From assembly GCF_005696695.1 (NCBI RefSeq), contig NZ_CP040006.1, positions 1,410,001-1,442,000 of the forward strand: 32,000 nt of DNA. Direction: 5' to 3'. The position numbers and the translations under genes were made by a program. The notes beneath the pieces are model-generated. The model was not told where the DNA came from, did no database searches, and worked only from the letters and a program-made list of their open reading frames with translations. Of this stretch, positions 7,360 through 15,827 are shown one piece after another (the stretch's first letter is position 1; each line of letters opens with the position of its first letter). Source of the stretch: Schaalia odontolytica. GTDB taxonomy: Bacteria > Actinomycetota > Actinomycetes > Actinomycetales > Actinomycetaceae.

Positions 7360-8403
7360 ATGTCCATCAAACCCCTCCCCACGATCCTGTTTGCCACGGC
7401 GACCGCACTTGCTCTCACCGCCTGCGGGTCGGCCTCGACCCCCTCCAGTCCCACCGCGAGCGCCGAGGCCTCGTCCGCGGCTGCGGCAGACCCGTCGACC
7501 GCGCCCCTGCGGGGGATCGTCATCGCGTCCACGGAATACAATTCCGACAACACGACCGACACGATCACGGCGTACGACCCCGCGACGGGCGAGGTGACGG
7601 CGACGCGCACATTCACCGTCCCGAGCGAGTACACGACGTACACGGGCGGGGCTTGCGTCCGCGAGCACTGCTATTCCCCCGACTTCGAGCGCGTCCTCGC
7701 AATCGACACTTCCGGAGGCAACGAGCGCGTCGCGGTCGCGTCCTCCGACGGCTCCTTCACGCTCCTCAATGATCTGATCCCCGTACCGCAAGGGTCCCGC
7801 TCGTACTCCAATTCGTACGCCAAGTTCGGGCCCGACGGTTCCATCTACGTCGCGCACGAAGACAAGCCCGACGACGGGGACTTCGTCGGGACCCTCTACC
7901 GCTTCGCCTCCGAGACTGAGGCACCCGAGGCTGTTCCCACCACCTTCACGGTCTCGAACACGCAGGACTTCCAGATTCTGCCCGATTCCACTCCCATCGC
8001 GATCGGCTACTACGCGTGGGCGGCCAACAAAGATGGCGTCGGATGCTACGGGGCACTCGCCGTCACCCCGGATGGGACGTGCCTGACCGTGGACAAGGAC
8101 GCCGTGTACTCCAAGAAGGGAAAGCCTCTCTCACAGACGACGGAGTCCGACAAGTCCCTGCGCATCGAAGAGTGGACGAAGGTGAACCTGCCGAACCTCG
8201 ACGGTACCCATGAGATCGTCAAGACCCTGCGAGTGAGCCCCGACGGCACGCGCATGGCGCTCTTGGCTCCATTCAAAAAGCTCGAAGACGACATTAGCTT
8301 CCAGCTCTACTCCGCGCCCGTTGGCGGAGGCGAGGCCACACAGCTGACAAAGGCCACGGACATCGCCGGTAGCAAACACATCATCCTCGCCTGGAGCGAG
8401 TGA
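7360..8403 (+). CDS. Hypothetical lipoprotein
   Basis: ATG at 7360 with AAGAGG 7 nt upstream. Signal peptide plus lipobox: MSIKPLPTILFATATALALTAC-GSAST. The mature part has an S/A/P linker, then beta-rich segments with repeated (S/T)PDG(S/T) motifs (GPDGSIYV, TPDGTCLT, SPDGTRMAL) that suggest a propeller-like fold. No family recognised. Confidence 0.75.
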   Translation: MSIKPLPTILFATATALALTACGSASTPSSPTASAEASSAAAADPSTAPLRGIVIASTEYNSDNTTDTITAYDPATGEVTATRTFTVPSEYTTYTGGACVREHCYSPDFERVLAIDTSGGNERVAVASSDGSFTLLNDLIPVPQGSRSYSNSYAKFGPDGSIYVAHEDKPDDGDFVGTLYRFASETEAPEAVPTTFTVSNTQDFQILPDSTPIAIGYYAWAANKDGVGCYGALAVTPDGTCLTVDKDAVYSKKGKPLSQTTESDKSLRIEEWTKVNLPNLDGTHEIVKTLRVSPDGTRMALLAPFKKLEDDISFQLYSAPVGGGEATQLTKATDIAGSKHIILAWSE

Positions 8404-8411
8404 CACAGACC

Positions 8412-8462
8412 CGAGGCCGGGACCGCGACGCGCACCCCATCGCGCGTGCGGCCCCGGCCTCG
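8412..8462. terminator. Stem-loop between convergent lipoprotein and SDR genes
   Basis: 10-bp outer stem, CGAGGCCGGG (8412-8421) pairing with CCCGGCCTCG (8453-8462). The interior is GC-rich and could pair further. No clear U tract. Confidence 0.5.
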
Positions 8463-8490
8463 TTCCATGCATACGACCGGCGCAGCGGTA

Positions 8491-9246
8491 TTACTCTCCG
8501 CTGGTATCCCTAGCGACGAGGGTGTTCGTCGCCTGAGCCACCGGGCGCACGATCATCGAATCGATGTTGACGTGGGACGGGCGCTCCAGGGTCCACACGA
8601 TCGCCTCCGCGACATCTTCGGCCACAAGAGGGGCAGAAACGCCCTCATAGACGCGGTCAGCGGCTTCCTGGGAGCCGAGCCGGTTGAGCGAAAACTCCTC
8701 GGTGCGCACCATGCCGGGGGCAATCTCGATGACGCGCACGGGCTCGCCCACCAGCTCCTGACGCAGCGTGTTGGCGATGATGCGCTCGGCGTGCTTGGCA
8801 GCCACGTATCCGCCGCCTCCCGGGTAGGTGTCGTGCGCCGCGGTCGAGGTCAGGAACACGAGGTCTCCCCCGCGCTCGCGCATTCCGGGCAGGAACGCAC
8901 GCGAGCAGTGCAGGGCGGTGAGCACGTTGCGTTCGAACATCGCGCTCCACCGGGCGGGATCCCCCTCGGCGACCCGGTCCACGCCGATCGCTCCGCCGGC
9001 GTTGTTGACGACCGCATCCACGGGGCCACCCTCCAGGACATGCGCGGCCATCTCCTTCACCTGGGCCTCATCGGTCAGGTCGGCCGCCCAGTACTCGCAG
9101 CCAATCTGCTCGGCGAGGGCCTCGAGGCGCTCGCGGCGCCGGGCTACGGCGACGACCCTCCACCCCCGCTTCGCCAACAGGCGGGCGGTGGCCTGCCCGA
9201 TTCCGGTGGATGCTCCAGTGACGACGACGCGGCGAGAAGTGTTCAT
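8491..9246 (-). CDS. SDR-family (short-chain dehydrogenase/reductase) oxidoreductase
   Basis: N-terminal VVVTGASTGIGQA (TGxxxGxG) cofactor motif, NNAG motif, and catalytic YxxxK (GGYVAAKHA). 251 aa. Confidence 0.9.
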   Translation of the reverse strand: MNTSRRVVVTGASTGIGQATARLLAKRGWRVVAVARRRERLEALAEQIGCEYWAADLTDEAQVKEMAAHVLEGGPVDAVVNNAGGAIGVDRVAEGDPARWSAMFERNVLTALHCSRAFLPGMRERGGDLVFLTSTAAHDTYPGGGGYVAAKHAERIIANTLRQELVGEPVRVIEIAPGMVRTEEFSLNRLGSQEAADRVYEGVSAPLVAEDVAEAIVWTLERPSHVNIDSMIVRPVAQATNTLVARDTSGE

Positions 9247-9257
9247 GGCTCAACAGT

Positions 9258-9299
9258 AATATCCCCGGGTACGCACCGTCGCGTGCGCCCGGGGATATT
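9258..9299 (-). terminator. Strong hairpin between glpC stop and SDR start
   Basis: 12-bp perfect stem, AATATCCCCGGG (9258-9269) pairing with CCCGGGGATATT (9288-9299), extended by inner CGCAC/GTGCG pairing. It sits 10 nt after the glpC stop and 11 nt before the SDR ATG. Confidence 0.5.
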
Positions 9300-9309
9300 C
9301 GCTGGTGTC

Positions 9310-10593
9310 TCAGCCGTTGGGCAAGCCGTAGGCCTTGTGGATCAGCCAGATCGGATGGACGACGTTCGCGCCCGTGGCCGTGCGCAGCTGCCAGCGGCAC
9401 GTCTCCGTGTCACAGGCTGCCAGCTCGGCGTTGACCTGCTTGATGAAGTCGAAGACTGGGGCGCCCACGGCCTGGGCGATCGCGTACTTCTCCTTCTTCA
9501 TGCCGTAGGTGCCCGCGATGCCGCAGCAGGGCTGCTCGGAATCCTTGACGGTCACGCCGGGGATCAGGCTCATGAGCTCGATCGCCGGCTTGCCCAGGCC
9601 CTGGGACTTGACCTGGCAGGGGGCGTGGTACGGGATGGTGACGTCGATGCGCTGGAAGTTCGTGTCCAGTTCACCCTTGTCGTACAGGTGCAGCAGGAAC
9701 TCGCTGATGTCCCACGTGCGGGAGCCCACGTCGCGCAGCTCCGGGGTGTCCATCTCGAGGATCTCGTGGGCCTCATGACGCAGCATGCCGCCGCACGAAC
9801 CGGACGCGGAGATGATCGGGGCGTCACGGTTGACGCTGCGCAGGTCGTTGGTCAGCTTGGAGACGTACTTGCGCGCGTCGTCGTACAGGCCGTTGGACTG
9901 CAGGGCCAGGCCGCAGCAGCCGTGCTTGGGAACCAGGACCTCGTAGCCCAGGTGTTCGAGCACCATGACCGAGTGGATCGAGGTCTCGACCTCGAAGAAT
10001 TGGCCTGCGCATCCGTGGAAGAAGATGACCTGGCCGCGCGTGCCCGAGTTCGGCAGGGGCGTGTGCTTCTTGAACCAGGACTCGAAGGTGCGTCCGTAGG
10101 CGCGCGGCATGGGGGCCGAGCGGTGCACGCCAATGATGGCCTCCATCGCCATGCGGATCGGCTTCACGTCGAGCGCCCAGTTTGCGATCGGGGCGACCGG
10201 AGTCATCATCGTGCCAATCAGCGAGGTGCGCCCAATGAGGCGGTCGCGCATGGGGATGCCGTGGGCTTCCTTCATGGCGGTGCGGCGGTGGTGGATGATC
10301 TCGGTGACCTTCACGCCCTGGGGGCACACGAGCGAGCAGGTGCCGCACGAGGAGCAGTAGTCGATGGACTTGTCCACCATCTGCCCGTCCTTGCGGAAGC
10401 GCTCGGCCTGCGGGCCGGAGTACTTGGGGCCGGCGAACAGGTCGGTGACACGCATGACCGGGCACTGGGTCTCGCAGATCGTGCACTTCACGCACGAGTC
10501 GAGGCTGGCGCGCAGCGCGGCATCACCACTCAGGGCGAAGACGTCCTCTTCCTCCACGCCCGGTCCCATCAGCGTTGACATTTCCAGGGTCAT
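9310..10593 (-). CDS. glpC: Anaerobic glycerol-3-phosphate dehydrogenase subunit C
   Basis: Start MTLEMSTLMG at 10593, overlapping the glpB stop (ATGA). Two 4Fe-4S ferredoxin motifs: CVKCTICETQCP and CSSCGTCSLVCP. Two CCG-type cysteine-rich regions: HGCAGQ/HGCCGLA and HAPCQ/PCCGIAGTYG. Confidence 0.9.
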   Translation of the reverse strand: MTLEMSTLMGPGVEEEDVFALSGDAALRASLDSCVKCTICETQCPVMRVTDLFAGPKYSGPQAERFRKDGQMVDKSIDYCSSCGTCSLVCPQGVKVTEIIHHRRTAMKEAHGIPMRDRLIGRTSLIGTMMTPVAPIANWALDVKPIRMAMEAIIGVHRSAPMPRAYGRTFESWFKKHTPLPNSGTRGQVIFFHGCAGQFFEVETSIHSVMVLEHLGYEVLVPKHGCCGLALQSNGLYDDARKYVSKLTNDLRSVNRDAPIISASGSCGGMLRHEAHEILEMDTPELRDVGSRTWDISEFLLHLYDKGELDTNFQRIDVTIPYHAPCQVKSQGLGKPAIELMSLIPGVTVKDSEQPCCGIAGTYGMKKEKYAIAQAVGAPVFDFIKQVNAELAACDTETCRWQLRTATGANVVHPIWLIHKAYGLPNG

Positions 10594-11840
10594 TTCAGTT
10601 CCTCCACGATCGAGTCGACGGCCGCGAGCGCGCTGGCCAGCGCGATTCCTTCGCCGCTCTTTTCGCGCCAGCGGGTGGCGCCGGCCAGGTTTCCTCCGGC
10701 GGCGTACAGGTTGGGGCACACGGGCGCGCCTTCCTCGTTCAGGACGCGCATGTTGTCGTCCACGGCCAGGCCGGCCAGGAAGAGGGGCTGGTCCTCGCCC
10801 CAGAAGTCGGCGTGCAGGAGCTGTCCGGAGGCGCCCATGACGGGCAGGCCGCAGATGGTTTCGCGCACGGTGCCATAGGAGTCCATGTCCAGGGCGCCGG
10901 ATTCGAATCCGCCGGCTGCGAGGATGAGGGATCGGGTTTCCACGATCGTGGAGCGTCCCGCGCTGGCGTACTCGACGGCGCTCACGCGTCCATCGCTCGT
11001 GTGTACGGCCTTGATCGGGGATCCGAGGACGACGCGGCACTTGGACGAGGCGATGCGGGTGAGCAGGGCGTTCAGGCGCATGCCGGGCACCGACGGGGGC
11101 TGGATCGGGATCTCGAAGACGGGGTGGCCGAGCTTGTCCGCCAGGTCGCGCCACGCGTTCGGATCCTCGAGGCCGAGGACTGCCGGCAGGCCGACGATTT
11201 CGCCTTCCTCGAGGAGGGGGCGGATCTGGTCTGCCAGGCGCGCGCGATTCTCCTCGCGGTCGAGGCTGCGCGCGTGGTTGGTGCCGGTCGAGTCGACCTC
11301 ACCGTCGCGCACGACGTAGTCGACGGACAGGGCGCGCGCCTTGATCGGGGCGCCGTCGGGGCCGTTTTGGCGCGTCAGGTTTTCGGCGACGAGGCCGGGG
11401 TAGAAGTCCTTGAAACGGGCCAGTCCCACGATGGCGTAGCGGGCGCCCGCCTGGGGGATGCCTGCCTCCATCGAGGGCGGGATCAGGCAGGTGGGGCGCA
11501 GCGCACCAACGCCGGTGGGGATGCGCACGTTGCGGGTTTCGTCACCGATGAGCGCATCGGAACCGACGAGGTCCCGCAGCCATGCAACGGAGGCACCGAC
11601 GTGGTCGGGGGTGACGTGGCTGTAGGGGTGGGTGGGACGCGAAGCCACGTGGCCTTCCAGTGCCTCGAGGGGCTTGTCGACCAGCTCGGGGCGGTAGCCG
11701 AGGATGTCGACCGTGCCCGTGCCGAGCTGAATGCCGCCCACGCCCTTCGTGACGAGGGTTACGCTCAGTCCGGCATCGGAAGCCTTGATCGCGGCGGCCA
11801 GGCCTGCCAGGCCAGCGCCGATAACGACGACGTCTCTCAT
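10590..11840 (-). CDS. glpB: Anaerobic glycerol-3-phosphate dehydrogenase subunit B
   Basis: N-terminal FAD fold MRDVVVIGAGLAGLAAA. Lies between glpA and glpC with ATGA overlaps at both ends (11837-11840 and 10590-10593). Confidence 0.88.
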   Translation of the reverse strand: MRDVVVIGAGLAGLAAAIKASDAGLSVTLVTKGVGGIQLGTGTVDILGYRPELVDKPLEALEGHVASRPTHPYSHVTPDHVGASVAWLRDLVGSDALIGDETRNVRIPTGVGALRPTCLIPPSMEAGIPQAGARYAIVGLARFKDFYPGLVAENLTRQNGPDGAPIKARALSVDYVVRDGEVDSTGTNHARSLDREENRARLADQIRPLLEEGEIVGLPAVLGLEDPNAWRDLADKLGHPVFEIPIQPPSVPGMRLNALLTRIASSKCRVVLGSPIKAVHTSDGRVSAVEYASAGRSTIVETRSLILAAGGFESGALDMDSYGTVRETICGLPVMGASGQLLHADFWGEDQPLFLAGLAVDDNMRVLNEEGAPVCPNLYAAGGNLAGATRWREKSGEGIALASALAAVDSIVEELK

Positions 11841-13465
11841 CGAACAACCTCCTCGCTGGGTGCGGGCAGGTGCTCAACGTCGAGCGTGCCCTCGTGAATC
11901 CAGGCGTCCAGTGCAGCCTGCCTGGCTTGCTTGCCGAACATGATGGGCCACAATCCGATCCAGCGGTTCTTCAGGAAGAGGCGCAGGAGGGAGTTGGCGC
12001 GCATCGAGTCGATATCGCCGCGCTCGTGGGCGATGCCCGCGGCGCGCTGGGAGCAGAAGCCACCCTGGCAGGGGCCCATGCCCAGGCGCATCTGGCGACG
12101 AACGTCGTCGAACTGGCCCTTGGGCAGGGTGTCCATAACGTTTTCGAGCATGGCTCGCGTGGCCATCTCGCACTCGCAGATGATCTGCTCGTGGGAGGGG
12201 GATTCGTTGCGCGATTCGACATTGTCGAGGCGGTGGCCGATCGTGTAGAGGCGCTCTTCCTTGGCGGGGGGAACGGCCTCGTCGGCGGTCTTGCAGGCGC
12301 GCTGCTCGCCCATCTCCTCGCACATGATGTCGACGATGCGCTCGGCCATGAGGCGGTAGGTGGTGAGCTTGCCGCCCGCGATGGTGAGCATGCCGTAGAC
12401 GCCGTCGCGCGTGTTGTGGTCGATGATGCTCATGCCGCGCGCCATGTGGCGGGTGTCGGTCGCAGACACGCGCGAGTCCTTGACGAGAGGGCGCGCGCCG
12501 GCCCAGGCGTGCACGGCGCGAGACTTGCGGAAGCCGGGGATCATGGCCTCGCCGGAGTCGAGCATCTGCTGGACTTGGTCGGCGGGGATAGACAGGCGAT
12601 CCGGGTCGTCGGCCTTGAGGTCGGTCGTGCCGATGATGCAAACGGTGTGGTCGGGCACGAGGATGTCGCCGTCGGCGGGCCACACGCAGCGGTTAATGAC
12701 CGAATGGCTCAGTCGGTGGTTCATCGCGATCATGATGCCGGCGCCCGGGACGACGTCGACGCCGTGGCAGTCGGCCATGGCGGCAATCTGTCCGGCCCAG
12801 GGGCCGCCGCAGTTGAGGACGAAGCCGCATTCGATGCGCACGTCTTCCCCTCCGCGCTCATCGTGGACGATGACGGCGCTGATGCGCTCACCCTCGCGTT
12901 CGATGGAGGTGACGCGGTGGTAGGTCAGGACCTGCGCCCCGTATGCCTGCGCGGAGCGGATCGCTCCCCAGGTCATCTGCCATCCGTCGACCGTGCCGTC
13001 CTGAACTTCGAAGGCACGCTTGATACGCGGGTCCAGGCGAGGTTCGCGGCGCAGCGCCTCGGCGATGGAGATTTCTGCGGCGGGCACCTTTGCAGCCGCG
13101 GCGCGGGCCAGGAACTGGTCCGCGTACTCTTCATCGTCCTGGGCGGTCACGACGAAGAGGCCGCCGGTGGCCTCGACGGCGTTAGCGTTGATGCGCTGGA
13201 CGATCTCGTTTTCTTCGGCGCACTCGGTGGCCGACTCCGGATCGGACGCAATGTAGCGGCCGCCCGAGTGGAGCAGACCGTGGAAGCGACCGGAGGTTCC
13301 CTGAGCGATGTCCGCCCGGTCGACGAGGACGGCTGAGAAGCCGCGCATGGCGACGTCGCGGACGACGCCGGCACCGGTGGATCCGCCACCGATGACACAC
13401 ACGTCAGTGCGAAGTGTCTTCACCGTAAAAAATCCCTTCACCTCACTGATGAGGAAGTGCCTCAT
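11837..13465 (-). CDS. glpA: Anaerobic glycerol-3-phosphate dehydrogenase subunit A
   Basis: FAD fold VCVIGGGSTGAGVVRDVAMRG, followed by GRFHGLLHSGGRY. C-terminal BFD-like Cys pattern: CECE...MGPCQGGFC. I preferred the ATG at 13465 (GGAGGG 4 nt upstream). A GTG at 13423 is an alternative, and the ORF-track start at 13603 lies in low-GC intergenic sequence. Confidence 0.88.
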   Translation of the reverse strand: MRHFLISEVKGFFTVKTLRTDVCVIGGGSTGAGVVRDVAMRGFSAVLVDRADIAQGTSGRFHGLLHSGGRYIASDPESATECAEENEIVQRINANAVEATGGLFVVTAQDDEEYADQFLARAAAAKVPAAEISIAEALRREPRLDPRIKRAFEVQDGTVDGWQMTWGAIRSAQAYGAQVLTYHRVTSIEREGERISAVIVHDERGGEDVRIECGFVLNCGGPWAGQIAAMADCHGVDVVPGAGIMIAMNHRLSHSVINRCVWPADGDILVPDHTVCIIGTTDLKADDPDRLSIPADQVQQMLDSGEAMIPGFRKSRAVHAWAGARPLVKDSRVSATDTRHMARGMSIIDHNTRDGVYGMLTIAGGKLTTYRLMAERIVDIMCEEMGEQRACKTADEAVPPAKEERLYTIGHRLDNVESRNESPSHEQIICECEMATRAMLENVMDTLPKGQFDDVRRQMRLGMGPCQGGFCSQRAAGIAHERGDIDSMRANSLLRLFLKNRWIGLWPIMFGKQARQAALDAWIHEGTLDVEHLPAPSEEVVR

Positions 13466-13520
13466 TGCTCCCTCCATAATGCCCGTCCCCCATCCATTTG
13501 AACGAATGTACACACGACTA

Positions 13521-13534
13521 TGCACATATGTGCA
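13521..13534. promoter_or_regulatory. Perfect 14-bp palindrome TGCACATATGTGCA in the glpA/pepO divergent promoter region (candidate operator)
   Basis: Self-complementary over all 14 nt. It starts 56 nt upstream of the glpA ATG, inside a 225-bp low-GC intergenic region, and is flanked by related TGYRCA half-site-like words (TGTACA, GTGCAT). Confidence 0.35.
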
Positions 13535-13690
13535 CAATGGGCGTGCATCAAACTCACATTCGCACTCACCCGCACAATTCCAGTCACAAATGACGAATAA
13601 CATCCCATCAACATGACGTAAATACGGGCGGGTGCCACCCGAGGACCACTCACCTCACCTCATCCCCGTTTTTCCCCCTAGAGTTAAGGC

Positions 13691-15712
13691 ATGACGAACA
13701 CACTGCTGGCCCGAGTCCTCGACACCGCGTACACCGATTCGACGGTACGTCCCCAGGACGACTTCTACCGCCATGTCAACGGAACCTGGCTGGCGACACA
13801 CACGATCCCCGCGGACCGCCCCATGGACGGGGCCTTCCACGCGCTGCGCGACGCCTCGGAAAAGCACGCCCGCGCCATCGCCCAGGATGCTGCCAATGGC
13901 ACTCTCGACGATCCGGACGCGCAGCGCATCGCCACCCTGTGGACTCAATTCCTTGACGAGGACACCATCGAGGCAGCAGGAGCCACTCCCCTGCGCCCCG
14001 ACCTCGACGCGATCAACGCCTGCGCAACCCACGAGGAACTCGCCCGCGAGATGGGCCGCCTCATGCGCGAGGGCATCGGGGGCCTCGTCGGCGCATACGT
14101 GGGCACCGACCCGCATGACTCATCGCGCTACATGGTCTCCCTCGTCCAGTCCGGCATCGGCCTGCCCGACGAGGCCTACTACCGCGAGGAGGATTACGCG
14201 CCGATCCGCGATGCCTACGTCGCGCACACCGCCCGCCTCCTCGGCCTCGCCGGTGTCCCCGACCATGAGGGCGCAGCCGCGCGCATCATGGAGTTGGAGA
14301 CCCAGGTCGCCTCGCATCACCGTGACTCGGTGAGCAACCGCGACCCGCTGCTCTCCGACAACCCGACCCCCTGGGAGGAGATTGCTACCCTCGCCCCCGG
14401 CTTCGACTGGGACGCGTGGGCGCAGGGCGCGCGCATGCCCGTCGCCGGCCTCGTCGTGAACGTCGACCAGCCCGACTTCCTCATCGCTGCAGCCGCCCTG
14501 TGGGCCGCCACCGACCTGTCCATGCTCAAGGAGTGGCTGAGCGCCTCGGCGATCGACTGCCACGCGTCGCTCCTGTCGAGCGATTTCGTGAACGAGAACT
14601 TCGACTTCCACGGTCGCACTCTGTCCGGCACACAGGAACTGCGCCCGCGCTGGAAGCGGGCCCTCGGACTCATCGAGGCCTACCTGGGCGAGGCCATGGG
14701 CCGCGCGTGGGTGGCCCGCCACTTCCCGCCCAACGCCAAGGAGGCCATGGACGCGCTGGTGCGCCGACTCCTCGACGCCTACGGCGAGTCGATCCGTGGC
14801 CTCGACTGGATGAGCGAGGACACCAAGGTCAAGGCGCTGGACAAGCTCGCGACCTTCAACCCCAAGATCGGCTACCCCGTCAAGTGGCGCGACTACTCGA
14901 CGCTGCACCTGGACCCCGAGGCTACGATCGTCGAGAACGTGCGCACCGCCAACGCCCACGCCACCGACCGTGAGTGGGCCAAGCTGGGCCGCCCGGTGGA
15001 CCGCGACGAGTGGTACATGACCCCCCAGACGGTCAACGCCTACTACAACCCCACCCAGAACGAGATCGTCTTCCCCGCCGCGATTCTCCAGCCTCCGTTC
15101 TTCGACACCGAGGCCGACGACGCGGTGAACTTCGGCGCGATCGGCGCGGTCATCGGCCACGAGATCGGGCACGGCTTCGACGACCAGGGCTCACGCTACG
15201 ACGGGGCGGGCAACCTGTCGAACTGGTGGACGGATGAGGACCGCGCCGCCTTCGAAGAGCGAACGCACGCCCTCATCGAGCAGTACGACGCGCTCACACC
15301 TGCCATCCTCCTCGAGCAGGGTGAGGAGTCGGAGGAAGGCGACGAACGCACGCTCCCCCACGTCAACGGCGCACTCACGATCGGCGAGAACATCGGCGAC
15401 CTCGGCGGCCTGACCATCGCGTGGAAGGCATGGGCGGCCTCGCTCGCTGAGCAGGGGCTGACCCCGCAGTCCGCTCCCGTCATCGACGGCATCACGGGTC
15501 CGCAGCGCTTCTTCTACTCGTGGGCACGCGCCTGGCGCACGGCCACGCGCCCCCAGTTCGCGCGCCAGATGCTGGCGATCGACCCCCACTCGCCCGCTGA
15601 GTTCCGCTGCAACCAGGTACTGAAGAACCTTGACACTTTCGCCCGGGCCTTCGACGTGACCCCCACCGACGCGATGTGGCTGGAACCCTCCCAGCGCGTC
15701 ACCATCTGGTGA
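13691..15712 (+). CDS. pepO: M13-family zinc metalloendopeptidase (PepO / neprilysin-like)
   Basis: HExxH motif VIGHEIGHGFD, downstream ENIGDLGG (ExxxD), NAYY motif, and C-terminal CNQ...RVTIW typical of M13 peptidases. No signal peptide or TM segment at the N terminus. Confidence 0.93.
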   Translation: MTNTLLARVLDTAYTDSTVRPQDDFYRHVNGTWLATHTIPADRPMDGAFHALRDASEKHARAIAQDAANGTLDDPDAQRIATLWTQFLDEDTIEAAGATPLRPDLDAINACATHEELAREMGRLMREGIGGLVGAYVGTDPHDSSRYMVSLVQSGIGLPDEAYYREEDYAPIRDAYVAHTARLLGLAGVPDHEGAAARIMELETQVASHHRDSVSNRDPLLSDNPTPWEEIATLAPGFDWDAWAQGARMPVAGLVVNVDQPDFLIAAAALWAATDLSMLKEWLSASAIDCHASLLSSDFVNENFDFHGRTLSGTQELRPRWKRALGLIEAYLGEAMGRAWVARHFPPNAKEAMDALVRRLLDAYGESIRGLDWMSEDTKVKALDKLATFNPKIGYPVKWRDYSTLHLDPEATIVENVRTANAHATDREWAKLGRPVDRDEWYMTPQTVNAYYNPTQNEIVFPAAILQPPFFDTEADDAVNFGAIGAVIGHEIGHGFDDQGSRYDGAGNLSNWWTDEDRAAFEERTHALIEQYDALTPAILLEQGEESEEGDERTLPHVNGALTIGENIGDLGGLTIAWKAWAASLAEQGLTPQSAPVIDGITGPQRFFYSWARAWRTATRPQFARQMLAIDPHSPAEFRCNQVLKNLDTFARAFDVTPTDAMWLEPSQRVTIW

Positions 15713-15777
15713 AAGCGTGTCCCAGCCGACAAAATGCGGCGCGCCCCGCGCAATCACACCCAACACATGACAACATA

Positions 15778-15808
15778 GGAATGTTGAGCGCAACAGCGCT
15801 CCCATTCC
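15778..15808 (+). other. Hairpin in the pepO-pepN spacer
   Basis: Outer stem GGAATG/CATTCC plus inner stem GAGCGC/GCGCTC, 12 bp in total, with a small internal loop and an AACA loop. It ends 19 nt before the pepN ATG. No U tract. Confidence 0.35.
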
Positions 15809-15827
15809 ATCGACGGAAAGGCAACCC

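Noticed and set aside
8446-13336. Long + strand ORFs (8446-10578, 10575-11897, 11870-13336) covering the SDR and glpCBA region
   Set aside because: They run antisense to genes with clear SDR and GlpA/B/C motifs. One even crosses the SDR-glpC intergenic hairpin. Their composition is R/G/A/V/D-rich and no motifs are present.
13590-13624. Direct repeat ATGACG(A/T)AA at 13590 and 13613, upstream of pepO
   Set aside because: A 6-8-nt word occurring twice in a 225-bp spacer is expected by chance. There is no supporting symmetry or promoter spacing.
13466-13653. Cys-rich in-frame extension of glpA (MLFVICDWNCAGECECEF...) and a 63-aa minus-strand ORF at 13462-13653, as possible small Cys-rich peptides
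   Set aside because: They lie in the low-GC divergent promoter region and lack RBS support. A GGAGGG RBS precedes the ATG at 13465. The cysteines arise from TGC/TGT-rich operator-like words. Coding potential cannot be supported from the sequence alone.
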